From assembly GCA_000002435.2 (NCBI GenBank), contig CM018792.1: a stretch of 64,000 nt of DNA, one strand, 5' to 3'. Positions 1 to 11,800 of this stretch are shown in pieces (within the stretch, counting starts at the first letter, position 1; every line of letters begins with the position of its first letter). The position numbers and the translations under genes are program-made. Under the pieces are notes generated by a model. The model did not search any database. It was not told the origin of the DNA and saw only the letters and a list, made by a program, of their open reading frames with translations. Origin of the DNA: Giardia intestinalis (taxonomy: Eukaryota).

Positions 1-59
1 TGCTCGACTATAACGGCGCAAGGGAGGCGAAGGCTCTTCGCTCGTTTGTCCTCTATAAC

Positions 60-404
60 ATGAAGAAGCCGTTCAGGGACCATAGGACTCCAAAGGCCTT
101 CCTGGAAGCCGTGAAAGCAGCGAAGGAGGACGGAAAGCTGCACCTGTTTATAGTCACTGAGAGCAAGGCAGCCAGCAGCTATCTCTTCAAGCTGGCCAAG
201 AAGGTGTCCGAGAAGATGTCTATTCACGTGCTCCTCAACAGTACGGCGGACAAGATCAAAGAGCTCACCGAGGGCGGCTTGGAGAAGCACATCTCTGCTG
301 GAAAGCTCTCCCTCTTCACTGTCAAGAAGAGTGCCACGGAGTCCTTCAGCGGGGCCAACACACCTGGCGAGATAGAGAAGTGGCTCCATAACCACGCCAA
401 GTGA
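60..404 (+). CDS. hypothetical protein (114 aa). ATG at 60, and the TGA stop is embedded in AGTGAAT.
   Basis: Clean ORF with no internal stops. The Giardia-type polyA motif AGTGAAT at 400-406 overlaps the stop. The protein is Lys-rich with no recognisable domain. Confidence 0.5.
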   Translation: MKKPFRDHRTPKAFLEAVKAAKEDGKLHLFIVTESKAASSYLFKLAKKVSEKMSIHVLLNSTADKIKELTEGGLEKHISAGKLSLFTVKKSATESFSGANTPGEIEKWLHNHAK

Positions 405-454
405 ATGTAAACGTTTACTGCGGGTCTAGTAGATTTGTTCCAGGACCTGTAAGG

Positions 455-1240
455 ATGACGCTACTCTGTCCGGAGGTGATGGCTGGGTCGCTGGGAATGG
501 CGGCTGTTTTGACCGACAGCATAGTCCAGTGTGCCTTGCTGGGCATTTCTGGAAGAGCGCTAGCCGACTTTCTGTTGTATCCCGGCGGGGCCCTCGAATA
601 TGCGTCACTGTTACACGCGTGCTTCTCCATCAGTAACCAGGTGTACAATATCCGCAAGAGAGATGGCAACAGCTGGGCCGATGTCACACGGCTAGGCCTC
701 CAGTTGTGTGTCAGTGCCCTGTCAACAGGAGTCAGTGCGCTGCTTGTAGGTGAGCGATACTCGATACAGTTGACCCTCTCCGCCGTCGCTTTTGCACTGA
801 TGATTGGGTTGCTAGGACTGACGGAGGCGCTATTCCAAAGGATGCTGCTGTGGAGGGCCGCAGTAGGGCTGCAAGTCGTCAGCCTACTGTACCGTCTGAT
901 AATGCACTCTGTGCTGTATGCAAAGCGTGTCCACTGGGAGCTGGATGTCGAGTACTATCACGTCCAGGAGTACAATCTGTGCATAGCCATTTTTGTGACC
1001 TGTAGCACGCTCATATCCATTTCAACGAGCAACCCTGGGGCTGCAGTCTGCGCTGTCGCAGTATTGCTTGGCTTAACGATTCGAAGTACGCTGAAATGGC
1101 AGTTGGGGGCTTTTAGAAACATGTGCATTGGCTGCCTAGTCCTTGCTATTGTCAATGCCGCCCAAGTAGTCTATAACACGGAGGTCCGACACCCTGTCCA
1201 AAAATCGCAGCAAAGCAAATTAATTAAAAATGGCACGTGA
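455..1240 (+). CDS. multi-pass membrane protein (hypothetical). The start is uncertain: the ORF opens at 401 with GTG, and the first ATG is at 455.
   Basis: Long ORF containing several hydrophobic helices. Its 3' end overlaps the NDK start by 11 bp. No AT-rich initiator lies upstream, so the start and authenticity are uncertain. Confidence 0.4.
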   Translation: MTLLCPEVMAGSLGMAAVLTDSIVQCALLGISGRALADFLLYPGGALEYASLLHACFSISNQVYNIRKRDGNSWADVTRLGLQLCVSALSTGVSALLVGERYSIQLTLSAVAFALMIGLLGLTEALFQRMLLWRAAVGLQVVSLLYRLIMHSVLYAKRVHWELDVEYYHVQEYNLCIAIFVTCSTLISISTSNPGAAVCAVAVLLGLTIRSTLKWQLGAFRNMCIGCLVLAIVNAAQVVYNTEVRHPVQKSQQSKLIKNGT

Positions 1241-1685
1241 ACGCACCTTTCTCATGGTGAAGCCGGACGGTGTCCAGCGCGGCCTCGTCGGCGAGATAAT
1301 CTCCCGCTTCGAGCGCAGGGGCTTCAAGCTGGTCGCCATGAAGTTCTTTGTGCCTTCGAAGAACCTTGTCGAGGAGCACTACAAGGAGCACGCCGCCAGG
1401 CCTTTCTTCGCCGGGCTCTGCAAGTTCTTGTCCAGCGGCCCCGTCTGCGCCATGGTCTGGGAGGGCGCCAATGTGGTGAGCATATCCCGCACCATGATGG
1501 GGGTCACGAAGCCGGCCGAGTCTGCTCCCGGCACGATACGCGGGGACTTCGGCATTGACGTCGGGAGGAACATCATTCACGGCTCTGCCAATCTCGATGA
1601 TGCGGCGCGTGAGATAGCTCTCTGGTTCAAGCCAGAGGAGGTGGCCTCGTGGAGCTGCTCTCTCGAGAGCCACATCTATGAGTGA
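1230..1685 (+). CDS. NDK: nucleoside diphosphate kinase
   Basis: The translation [39 protein letters not shown]...NIIHGS is a canonical NDK, including the catalytic-His region. A perfect initiator aattaattaaaaATG lies upstream. The TGA stop is embedded in AGTGAAC at 1681-1687. Confidence 0.95.
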   Translation: MARERTFLMVKPDGVQRGLVGEIISRFERRGFKLVAMKFFVPSKNLVEEHYKEHAARPFFAGLCKFLSSGPVCAMVWEGANVVSISRTMMGVTKPAESAPGTIRGDFGIDVGRNIIHGSANLDDAAREIALWFKPEEVASWSCSLESHIYE

Positions 1686-1687
1686 AC
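1681..1687 (+). promoter_or_regulatory. polyadenylation signal AGTGAAC overlapping the NDK stop codon. The same arrangement occurs at 400-406, 23233-23239, 51789-51795 and 54329-54335 (minus strand).
   Basis: The 7-mer AGTRAAY embedding TGA recurs at five independent gene ends. Two of these are inside the GC-rich island. Confidence 0.65.
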
Positions 1688-2208
1688 CCATTTGGCCGTT
1701 CCTAATTAGTGACCAGAAACTCTCATTGTGGTTTTGGTATTTCTCCAAAACCAAAGATTGGACTGGGTGAGTGTGTATTAGAACTTACGCACGACGCGCT
1801 CCTCGCTCCTGCGGCCCACTTATTTATCTGCTCATAACTAGAACACCGCGTGGGATGCTCCTTTCGGCCGGCATTCTCCCTTCGCTTATCTCAAGTTACG
1901 TTGGACAGACTCTACGACCGACGTCCCTGAAAAGGCCAGTCAATCAGCCTATTATGGGCATCAAGTGCTGGGGCCTGGCGTCAAGCTGCTCCTTCTTGAG
2001 TCTCAGCGGAGATGCGCTTTACTGTAGTGGAGTTGTCGGTCAATATTTTTCTGTAGGTACACTGAAAGCTATTGACTAGAGAGGATCCTTATCTGGGGGT
2101 TCTGATTCCAGCCACACCTCAGCGTGGGTTTTGAGAAAACACTGCGGGGGCGTCTTTTTCCGCCGGTCAACATTTTCACAGAGCTCGTTTTAAAATATCA
2201 AGGTATAC

Positions 2209-3978
2209 ATGCAAGTCGAAGACCCTGGTGCGCGTAGCACAGTTCTCACAGAGGTATCCGTGCAGGGCGCCGTGGAGGATGGATCTGCAGCCCAGCAGCA
2301 GGCCGCCAAATCTGCACCTCCGAAGAAGGCTGGATCGCATCTCTATTCGTACGGGACGATGATCGGCATCGCTATAAACTACATTATAGGAACTGGCGCT
2401 CTATCTCTTTCTGTTACCATGGGGAGTGCAGGCGTTCTCATGACAGTCATAATCCTCATCATTGGCTCGGGAATCACTCTCTTTCTTGCGATCTACTTCA
2501 CAGAGGTTTTGGCGCGTGCGTATGCTCTGGCCAGAGGCGGATTTGCTCCCGAAGACATCCTTAACAAGCTGCACGAGTACGAAAATCCCGTCTCGGCCAC
2601 TGCCTCTGCCGAGGGCTCCAACGCAAGCGCTGCCATTGGGAACGCTACTATTGAGGGCGGTAAGGCCTGCAACACACTCTCTCCCGATTACTCTCTTTCC
2701 ACAGAATGCGAGTTTTGCATTTCTGAGCTCATGAAGATGTTCTATGGGAAGCCAGGCTTCTACATCTATCAGGTTTCTAATTTGATCTACTTCTTCGGGA
2801 CGGTCTGGAGCTACGGAAACGTCGTCGCATCGTCTCTGACTTCCATTATTCCGATGTACAGTCTTCCGGGTAGTCCTAAGACGTGGGAGTGTGATGTTAA
2901 TAAGATGAGTAAGTTAGGTGATCCTTGTTATACCGCTTACTGGATTTGGCTGTGTATTGCCATGGTCATCGCTTGTATTCTGATATTCTTTGATTTGAGT
3001 CAGCAAAAGGTCCTGCAAACAATCTTCACTGGGTGCCGATTTGCTACCATTGCACTGGTTCTTCTTTTTACGATTGTGGGATATTCCAGGGGGCCATATT
3101 CTAAAACCTATTCTAAAGGAAATGCTAGCTCAGCCATAAGAATATTGGAAACGGATATATACTGGATTGCTAATCAGTTTTCATCCATTGTATTCTGCCA
3201 GGTTTGCCACCATTCCATTCCGGAAATCATCCGACCAGTCAAGAAGGAGCACCACGGGAAAATTAACTTCGGATTCACAATCACCTATATGGTCATCTTT
3301 GTCATAACGTCGCTTATTTTGTTCATGTGTGGATCGTACTTTGGGACGCTTGGTGAGGGGTTATTGACGCTGAACTTTGGTCAATGGCACGGTACAGACT
3401 GGAATCTCTGTGCTAAAGACAAAACAGGTGGTGCAGAGATGGTTCTTGGCTATATTGTGCGTGTGCTGCCGCCTATATACGTGACGACAGCAATCCCCAT
3501 CAATGCGCTTACAATGTCCAATAATCTTTTGTCGCTTTTCCCTCTGAGGCTCCAAAAGCATCTTGCTTTGGTCGTTTTTGCTAAGCTCATCTCTATCATT
3601 CCGGCTATGATGATGGCTGGGCTCGTTAAGGACCTGAACAAGATTGTCGGCTTCTCTGGACTGACGGGTTTTGTTATTATCAGCGTGTCTGCTCTCATGA
3701 TCATCAAGGGTAGAAAGCTTTGCAAGCAGCACTTTGGAGACGCCAACCTAAGAACGCCGTTCAACTCGTGGTCTTCCCACATCGCTATAATATATACGAT
3801 ACTTGTGATAACTGGCGTTGGGTTCATATTGACAACTTATTCCGTCGTTGCGGATGCAATAGGTAAGGCAAGTCCAAGGTATGTTAGTGAATACCCTGAT
3901 TGCAAAAATAACACGGGTACCACGTCCTTGTCTCTTGTTTCCACTACTGTTGATAATTGTCCGTACAATAAAAAATAA
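2209..3978 (+). CDS. polytopic amino-acid/auxin permease (AAAP)-like transporter, 589 aa
   Basis: About 11 predicted transmembrane helices. The N-terminal IGTGALSL region is typical of amino-acid transporter family members. An AT-rich initiator aaaatatcaaggtatacATG lies upstream. Confidence 0.75.
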   Translation: MQVEDPGARSTVLTEVSVQGAVEDGSAAQQQAAKSAPPKKAGSHLYSYGTMIGIAINYIIGTGALSLSVTMGSAGVLMTVIILIIGSGITLFLAIYFTEVLARAYALARGGFAPEDILNKLHEYENPVSATASAEGSNASAAIGNATIEGGKACNTLSPDYSLSTECEFCISELMKMFYGKPGFYIYQVSNLIYFFGTVWSYGNVVASSLTSIIPMYSLPGSPKTWECDVNKMSKLGDPCYTAYWIWLCIAMVIACILIFFDLSQQKVLQTIFTGCRFATIALVLLFTIVGYSRGPYSKTYSKGNASSAIRILETDIYWIANQFSSIVFCQVCHHSIPEIIRPVKKEHHGKINFGFTITYMVIFVITSLILFMCGSYFGTLGEGLLTLNFGQWHGTDWNLCAKDKTGGAEMVLGYIVRVLPPIYVTTAIPINALTMSNNLLSLFPLRLQKHLALVVFAKLISIIPAMMMAGLVKDLNKIVGFSGLTGFVIISVSALMIIKGRKLCKQHFGDANLRTPFNSWSSHIAIIYTILVITGVGFILTTYSVVADAIGKASPRYVSEYPDCKNNTGTTSLSLVSTTVDNCPYNKK

Positions 3979-4003
3979 ATAGTCAAGACGTTTTTCTTTT
4001 GCT

Positions 4004-5776
4004 ATGACGACCCTCCGCATCGATAACCTTACGCAGGAGGAGGCGGAACTCGTGCTGGCCACTGTCATGCAGGCACTACGGCCAGTGAAGGAGCTGCGCT
4101 CATATTGTGCGGTTGCCCTTTTCACCCCGTGCTCGTCGTCCCAGAGCCGCCTTTTGGCATTTTCCATGGACCTCACTGCCACCATTGTTTCTCAGGATGG
4201 TTCGACGCCCCCTGTGGTGCTGGCCATTCCACCACTTCCGCACTATCTGCTGGGCGGCGTCAAGTACGCAACGGCTATTTCGTGCATGGCGTTTACCACA
4301 CTTCTGCACCAAGATGGCCCTCCAGTGTTAATTATTGGGCTGAGCAACGGTGCCTGGGGCGTGTTTGACCTCGGCGGCTGCCTGCTTTTTCCATACATAG
4401 GAGACTCGAGATCTGGCTTATCAATTACAGCCGAACCTGTGATTGAGATTGTAACCCCAGAGAGCTACGATCTCTCGCCATCTGTTCACTTAACGGTCCG
4501 TCAGTATAGTCGCGTGCTCCATGTCACTCTTGAGGACCTCACTGCAGCCATTGCACGGAACATAGAAGCGGCTGGCTTTCAAGCTTGTTCATTTAGAGAC
4601 GCAGATCTTGAAACTAGCCAGCTTCCAGTCTCCGTTCACGACCAGAACCTATTCGCAATTGAACTGATGGACTCTGTAACTATGGAGGCGTTGCGTCCCA
4701 TTGGAAAGCTTAAGATAACCTATAAGTCTGTGGTGTACTACTACTCTGATGCCGTGTCCTTTATCGTGGTAGACCTTACCCAGTTCCATCCGTCGTGCAA
4801 TCTGAATCTGAAAGAGCCGCGAATACTTAGCGTCCCTGAGGATCAAGACACACAGAAGTTACTTGCATGTCCACTTCGAATAAATAGTATGCTTATTGAT
4901 GGGAGTCACTGCCTCATTGTAGGCCCCAATCCGTTTATTGTCCGCATCTCACCGGTCACTGTCGATATAGGCGCCATCAATCTACCAAGGGCCTTTCTGG
5001 ACACCATGGCCACCACTGTACTGCTACCAGACCAGGTGATATCCTTTTCTTCTAACGTCTTCAAAGTGGAGGTGCACGGATGTACACGCGAGCAAGCGGC
5101 GGTGTATGCCGCGCAATACATAGGTGGTAGCCTAGTAGATCAGGTCAACTACAGCATGGGATATCTCCGCGGCGATTTCAGAGCTGATGACCAAGACGTA
5201 GGTTGTGCCAGTGCCTGGGCATTGACAACAATGGATAACGTAGTACCGGAAATATGTAGCCCCATCTCAGACTTGGCTCTGGTACTCGACAAGGCAAAGG
5301 ATGCTATGGAGGAATTTGCTTCAAATAGATCAAAAGAGATTCAGAATGTATTTAGCTCGTATTTCCGTGTCCCATTCAGCATTTGGTGTGACAGCATGGA
5401 AGCCCCACACATCGTTGCACTGAGTGATGCCGGGCAAGTACTGTGCATGTCCCTTCGCTCCTTTGAAATCTGCGGGTCGCGATTTTTGTCCTTGCCTGCC
5501 ACCTCCTCTGATCTGTCCGGAGAACACTCATTCACTATCGCGGTGACCAGAGATGCTGGAGGGGCGCGCCTCCGTGTGTGGGCGTGGAAGCCAGACTTAT
5601 CCAATTTCTCCCAGACATATGAATGGGTCATTGCGTTACCGGGCCTAGAAATAATATCGGAAGGCATTCCTGATGGTCAGTGTCTGGTCCAGTCCAGAAG
5701 AACTGCTTATGCTGTTAAGGTAATACCCCAGGGTACACTCTACTCTTTAGAGTGGACCGTATTGGATAAGGGTTGA
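4004..5776 (+). CDS. hypothetical protein, 590 aa
   Basis: Long clean ORF with the AT-rich leader ttttcttttgctATG. No domain recognised. Confidence 0.6.
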   Translation: MTTLRIDNLTQEEAELVLATVMQALRPVKELRSYCAVALFTPCSSSQSRLLAFSMDLTATIVSQDGSTPPVVLAIPPLPHYLLGGVKYATAISCMAFTTLLHQDGPPVLIIGLSNGAWGVFDLGGCLLFPYIGDSRSGLSITAEPVIEIVTPESYDLSPSVHLTVRQYSRVLHVTLEDLTAAIARNIEAAGFQACSFRDADLETSQLPVSVHDQNLFAIELMDSVTMEALRPIGKLKITYKSVVYYYSDAVSFIVVDLTQFHPSCNLNLKEPRILSVPEDQDTQKLLACPLRINSMLIDGSHCLIVGPNPFIVRISPVTVDIGAINLPRAFLDTMATTVLLPDQVISFSSNVFKVEVHGCTREQAAVYAAQYIGGSLVDQVNYSMGYLRGDFRADDQDVGCASAWALTTMDNVVPEICSPISDLALVLDKAKDAMEEFASNRSKEIQNVFSSYFRVPFSIWCDSMEAPHIVALSDAGQVLCMSLRSFEICGSRFLSLPATSSDLSGEHSFTIAVTRDAGGARLRVWAWKPDLSNFSQTYEWVIALPGLEIISEGIPDGQCLVQSRRTAYAVKVIPQGTLYSLEWTVLDKG

Positions 5777-5811
5777 CGTTTTCGTTACACCTTTAAAAAT
5801 AAACAAACATT

Positions 5812-8800
5812 ATGAGCATAAGTCAAGGGGCAAGCGCCTTCAGCGATCAACCTAGTGATCTTCCTGCTGTGCTGCGCAAGAATGAAGTGAGCGCAGAGCA
5901 CCCCAAGATTAGCGTGTTCTATGACTCTTTACGGCTACGCGAGGGCTATCAAAGCAACCCGGTTCAGCGCGAGGTCCATATCCTCTTTAACAGTTGGGTT
6001 GGAATCTCTAAGCCGCCCCCCTTGCTTCCCCCATCGAAAGATCTTTCTCAACCATTTGGGTGCGACGTTCTTTTCGACTCTATCTCCAGCTCACCGTCCA
6101 CCCCTGTTATGTCCTCTGATCTCTCAACCCCGGGGTGTACATCGTTTAACACAGGATATTGTGAGCTTTCGTATTTGGACAGTCTGAACGAGTCTAGCCA
6201 AAGTGCATCTATAAATGCTGACCCCCACTCCAAAGACCTCACATTTCCTGGCCCTGCTCTTATCCAGCCACTGACACGGGACACCCTCACACGTACTAAT
6301 ACTTCCGGCCTGACTGCTGTTCCTGATTTGCCAACGCTCCCAGGTCTGTCTAATCTGCAGACTCTAAAAGTAGTTCCGAGTGACCTCACGCCACCTATAG
6401 TCTCTATACAATCGGCGCCTGTTCTAAACACTTGGGCTGCCCGGTCTCGTTCAGAAGTGACCAGTGGCGTCTCTCACACCGGCACGGCAAATCCATCCCA
6501 GGCCGACTCACAGACGACAAGTTCCTCCGGCACACGGCGTCAAAAGACTATGGAGCTCACCAACGCAGAAACGGGGATGCATGTTGTTGTTATCAAACCA
6601 GCAGTCAAGTCGCGTACCAAAAAACAGAAGAGAGAGACTGCACAAAACAGAAGCGGCAGCGAGAAGTTACATGCCAACCCCGAAGACGCTCCTCGACGGG
6701 TTGTCCAATCTTCTTCGGATACAACACAGATATTTCTTCCTGCCACTGTTACTCCAACTGCTCAATCATGTGCAGATTCTAAGAGTGATCCCCGCACAGT
6801 TATAGGTCTGACGTTTGAGTCAGAGCACAACAGATGTGAAGCTGATTTTGAGCCGTCCCCACGGAAAAGCAATCCCGATGGCTCATCCCCGGACACATCG
6901 CCCCTCAGTGCTATTGCAGACGATTTGAATCCCCCAATTTTCAATGGCCTGCTTAATGATGCTCTTCTAGATCCGAGGGAGCTGGAAGCAAATTATCTCA
7001 TCTCAAAGAATGACATCGCACTCGACATGGGAGGAGACGGTACCTACTCTGCTACTGATCCAGCGCACTTGCTGGGCTCTCCCCAAAACTGCACGGAGGT
7101 CATCTCAGACTTTTCAAGCACTGAAGTTACATATGAAACACCCCTAAGCGACCGACACCTCAAGTGGCGCAAGTCTGCGACGAAGGACGCTGTTCTTCTC
7201 CATCATACTCAAAGGACCCTGCTGTCTACTTCGGAGGGAAAGGGCTATACATACCAAGGCCGCACCAATTCAAGCACTCATGAACATTGCTTTATGGCTG
7301 ACTTCGACATTTTTCAACCATACAATGCTGCAGGCGTAGAGAGTGTTCTGCAGGCAAAGCGTACACGTAGGGACATTCTGAGTTTGTTGCTCTCTACTGG
7401 CTGTGGCGTAGCGATGAGACTAGGTTCATGGATGGTTACCATCTTATTGTTTGTAGCTTACCTTTTTGCTACGGGGGTGCTATTTGCCGTCAATAGGCTT
7501 TCATCGTTCATGCTCATGTCTCTTAGGGATCCTGTCCGTATCCTGCTACCCTTTGTATTGGTCACTTTCCTTAAGCGCTTGCTGTTTATCATTCCCTTTA
7601 TTTCTCATTATGTGGTGGAGTGGTTCTACCCCAGCATTATCGACGAAGCCCTGCTGGCCAATGGAAGCTACTACGGAGAGGGCAAAGTGCCAGATAAACG
7701 AGTGCTACCCACATATCTTTCATTGGATAGATCGTACAAAGACTTCTTCCCACCCATCTTTGTTCACTCCTCCAAAAAGAAAACAGGTTTTCTCGAGTAT
7801 CTCAAAGTGGTGATGGGGTCCATCCCAGTGAGCGATGTCCTACATAATATGCTCGACCAGACGTTTCAGTTGCGCCTTTACGCCCTCTATGGACAACCGG
7901 GACTGCGCCACGATGTTGGACTGTCCTCCAGCCTGAGCATAGCAACTCAAGACTATTTCGAGGTTCCTCTCAGCAGTTACAAGCTTTTTCATGACACCCC
8001 TAATGGAAGATTGCCACACAGTGGGAAGCAGCAGCTTAGTCGCTACTTTAACAGCTACCTCCCGATACAGGAGCACCATGTGAAGCCAATGACTTTTAGT
8101 TCCGAATACACTCTGGTCGGTAATGACCACTTAACTGAGAATGAGTATCGTCGAGCAAGTCTAAAGATGTACGATGTTGGTGAAAGGTTTAGACAGCCAG
8201 AAGGCAAGGATTATCAGGATATTTATTCTCACTACGGATTGCTAGCCGATCCCCATTCTATATATGAGCGACCGGGGGATGACATACGCTCTAAGAACTA
8301 TCGCTACAGAAGAATCATGGCCGGAGAGTACTTAGTTGTCGTTTCAGGGTCTGTTTCGGACTCCTTCTCGCCCACAGGTACGTCCGCAGATGCAGCAACG
8401 GTCCGGAAGTGGTTGGCCTATGGCTTTGTTCTTTTCGGCAGATCCAGCGTCTATGGGCCATTTATGGCCAAGGACACACATTACATAGTTAACCGAAGAA
8501 TCATTAATAATGACCATACAACGCTAACGGTCTCAGACAATACTGGAAACATTGTACGAATAACGTTGGAAGATCCTAACTTCACCCTTTACTGCCGCTC
8601 TCTGACACCAAGGCATTTGGAGATATCCAAGACTGCTAATGCAAGGGGCGACAACGACTCTATTCATGGAACCTTTGATAATTGTAATTTCAACGATTTA
8701 ATCATTTACTATAATCGCCCATTTACGTTTGATGAGAAGCCAGCGTTTATAAAGTTTGACACATTCGAGACTCTTGACGCCAGAGTGGCCCCCATTGCAG

Positions 8801-11800
8801 AGCGTAAGATCAAAGGCGAAGAGCGCTTGTTAACGGAGGACCTGCGGGTCACTCTTATAGACCCTACCTTCCCCCGCCTCTCCAAGGTCAACAACTCTGC
8901 CACACTGATCACCATCAACCCAAAAGTCCACATAAACGTGCTCTTTCAGAGCAGCAAGGTCCCCCTAGATAGAGTTGTAGAGTGCAGTGGTCGTGACTGC
9001 TCGAATAAGCTCTTGGCCGCGCCAGAGTATCTCCAATACTTTCGACCTGTGTCTGATGATTATCTCAGTTACCTTTCTATTAAGCCCCTTGTGGCGCCTG
9101 TGCCAGTGACACAGAACAGCCTATGGCCTTTCACAGATACTCAACTGGCATATTTCTATAAGGAATTAACGTTTTCCAGAGCACAGGTCACAAGGCAACT
9201 TGAAAGCTGCAGAAATAAAGATAAGAATAGCCACGGAGGCATCGACGAGTCCCAAAGGGATACGGGAATCTCCTCCATTCTCCAGCCGACTAAACATTCT
9301 CGGCATCGGTGCTCGCATTCATATATGGCTGACCTGCAGAACAACCTGAAGGTAATAGATTTGCAGATCCAGGACGTTGTTGCGTCTCAACAAGGCTATA
9401 CAGTCCTTACCTGTCTTTCAAACCGGAGCACAGACGAGCTGAAGACGACAACGCGGAGCCTGCGGACCATGGAGTGCACATTTCTTTTCCAGCGGATCGT
9501 CATTTCGCTTTTTTGTAGCTGGATTCTTTCGTGTGCGATCCACACTCATGCGAAGATTTTTTATGGTCTGGTTCATCAGGTGCAGAAGGGCACCTCACCT
9601 AAGAACAAGTCTAGTGCACATAGCGGCATTGCTGTGTCGTCGTATACGATGCTGTTTATTTCGCTGTGCTCTGGGATTCTCCGCCTCATCGACGCGTCAA
9701 GGAAGGGTGTTCGGAAGCGTACCGCCGTAGACTTTGCCACTTATCTTTTTGCACAAGCAATCAAGAGCTTCATCACCTTCTATCCGATGTACCTCATCTA
9801 TGTGAATGCGCCCAGATTGCTGGCGGCGCTGTACCTATCCAATCTACAGTATCGCTTGATAATAGCGTACGTCGTTGTGATGCTTCTTTCTGGTCAGTTC
9901 TTTGCCCACTTTGGGCTCTATAATCCTGCCAGCGGCCACCTCCCATATAGACTGCTCAAGAGCTTTAGTGAGAAGGTTGGCACGTTGACTCTGACCGTGG
10001 CCAAGAGTACAGCGTTTCGGTCCTTTTCGTTGTTATTATTGCGTGTACTTAACACAGAGCTTCTTCTTGTCGCCCCTGCGCTTATGTGGTTGTTCACTTC
10101 CGTTGTATTCCGGGTTATGTACCATCTTTCCATCGAGGGGATTTATGGGGGTGAGGAGCGGTTTTCGCACTCTCTCTACCGCGTGACTTTTAGTACTTTT
10201 GATTTTGTGATCCACCCTTCTCTATATTCCTCTTCGCTTTGTGTTTTACTGCTAAGTCTATTTCTGCTTCTTTCGTGTGATACGTTCGTTACTAACTGGA
10301 AGCTAACGTACTCTTTGCGACACATGCCCTCTTACACATCACCTGATCAGCAGCTGCCATCATCGTATCTTACTTCTACCTTTTCACAAAAGCCGTTTAT
10401 CCTTTTCGATACTGATTCCGCCCGCTTTGTTGACGAAGTGCGCAAGATCTATCCTGATCTGTTTAATGTGCAACTTGGGGCACAGCCCAAGCGGAAAAGC
10501 GCGCCATCTTCACGCCGGCATTCTGCAGCTTCACCAAGCACCTCCTCTGCCTCCAGCAGCGATGTCTTTTACTTCCGCCCCATCGAGGCTGTTACACCTA
10601 TTTATTATCTGGAAGAGTTGGGGCCTTGGTCACCCAAGATCTATCTTTACGGTAGCGCAGTGTATAAGAAGTTGTTTTCAGTGCCAGGCGTCTATGGATC
10701 CCTAGTTGCCACGACAATCTGGGTTTCTCCTCATGAACCTTATGTTTCGAGTGCGTGTCCAGCTAGTGATGCGTCCTGCACCTTTGCAAATGATATGTAT
10801 CAGGATATAAACTCTCTTCTGGCCCGGCCTCTTCGGTCATATCTCCAGGATTCGCGAAGGTTTTCGACAGTGATGTATGATCAGCCAGCAGATTTTCCGG
10901 GTAAGCATCAGCTGCAGAGCATATTGCATACTAGGGCAACTCTTTTCATTCGAACCACGAAGCGAATGGCGAGAACAGTGAGGCTGCAGTGCGCCACGCT
11001 CCCATGGTCTGTCTTTCTTCCAACCTATGAGTTTAAGATATCGCGATTTGTAATGCCATCCCAAATGCTTCATGCATTGGTATTCAACAATGCTCCTGGA
11101 CAGCCCATTGATCCTGTGATGAGCCTCGCCCTTTTCTTCAATGGAATAACTTTACCCTCGGCTCTGCTTCACCAAATGGTTCCGATGCAGTACACCTTCA
11201 CCGCTTCTCCTGAAGCAATACTCAAGTTGCAAAATTCTTTTGGGCACAGTCTTGTCAAGTATCTGCTTCTTCCTGTGAGTGGATATATGGTGACCAGAGG
11301 CTCGTCAGTTTCTCCGCCGAGCTTCCATTTGAACATTGTCGATCGCCCAGTCAGGCACGTTATCAATAGCGGAAGTGAGCAAGTGGAGACGGCCAGGTTC
11401 TTGTTAACTGACGACGAGGTGAACAGGGCAGTCAGCCTGGGAAACAACTTACTCGGAGGGCTCAAGGAGGTGCTCACTATTGACCAAGGAGAGCAACTGA
11501 GCAAGACCTCCGCTCCTCTGGGTGCCATAGTTCGTGACGACATGATTCCGAGGCTTACGCCACAAGATCTGCTGTTTGTGCTCTCGGTGTCGTTTTTGGA
11601 TTACTTTACAGTCGGCCACTTGCATCAAAGTCCTGATTCTCTGTCGCAAGATTTTCTACTACATTGCCCCAGCGACCTTGTACGCGCGAAGGACACAAGC
11701 CGGCACCGTGAGCATTCTGGAACCACAGACTCGCTGGGGAATCATATACCTTCTATCCGTGGTGGTATATATAATAATTATTTTCGACACGAGCTGAAGT

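Noticed and set aside
1224-1754. 176-aa minus-strand ORF antisense to NDK. Similar antisense ORFs occur inside long genes elsewhere (for example 26191..26832, 3748..4185, 6048..6431, 11169..11543, 35929..36246, 23118..23642).
   Set aside because: They are fully contained in, and antisense to, strongly supported genes. They have no start or stop signal context.
1771-2079. 102-aa ORF in the gap after NDK
   Set aside because: It starts on GTG and has no AT-rich initiator or polyA motif. Its composition is unremarkable. It is probably non-coding.
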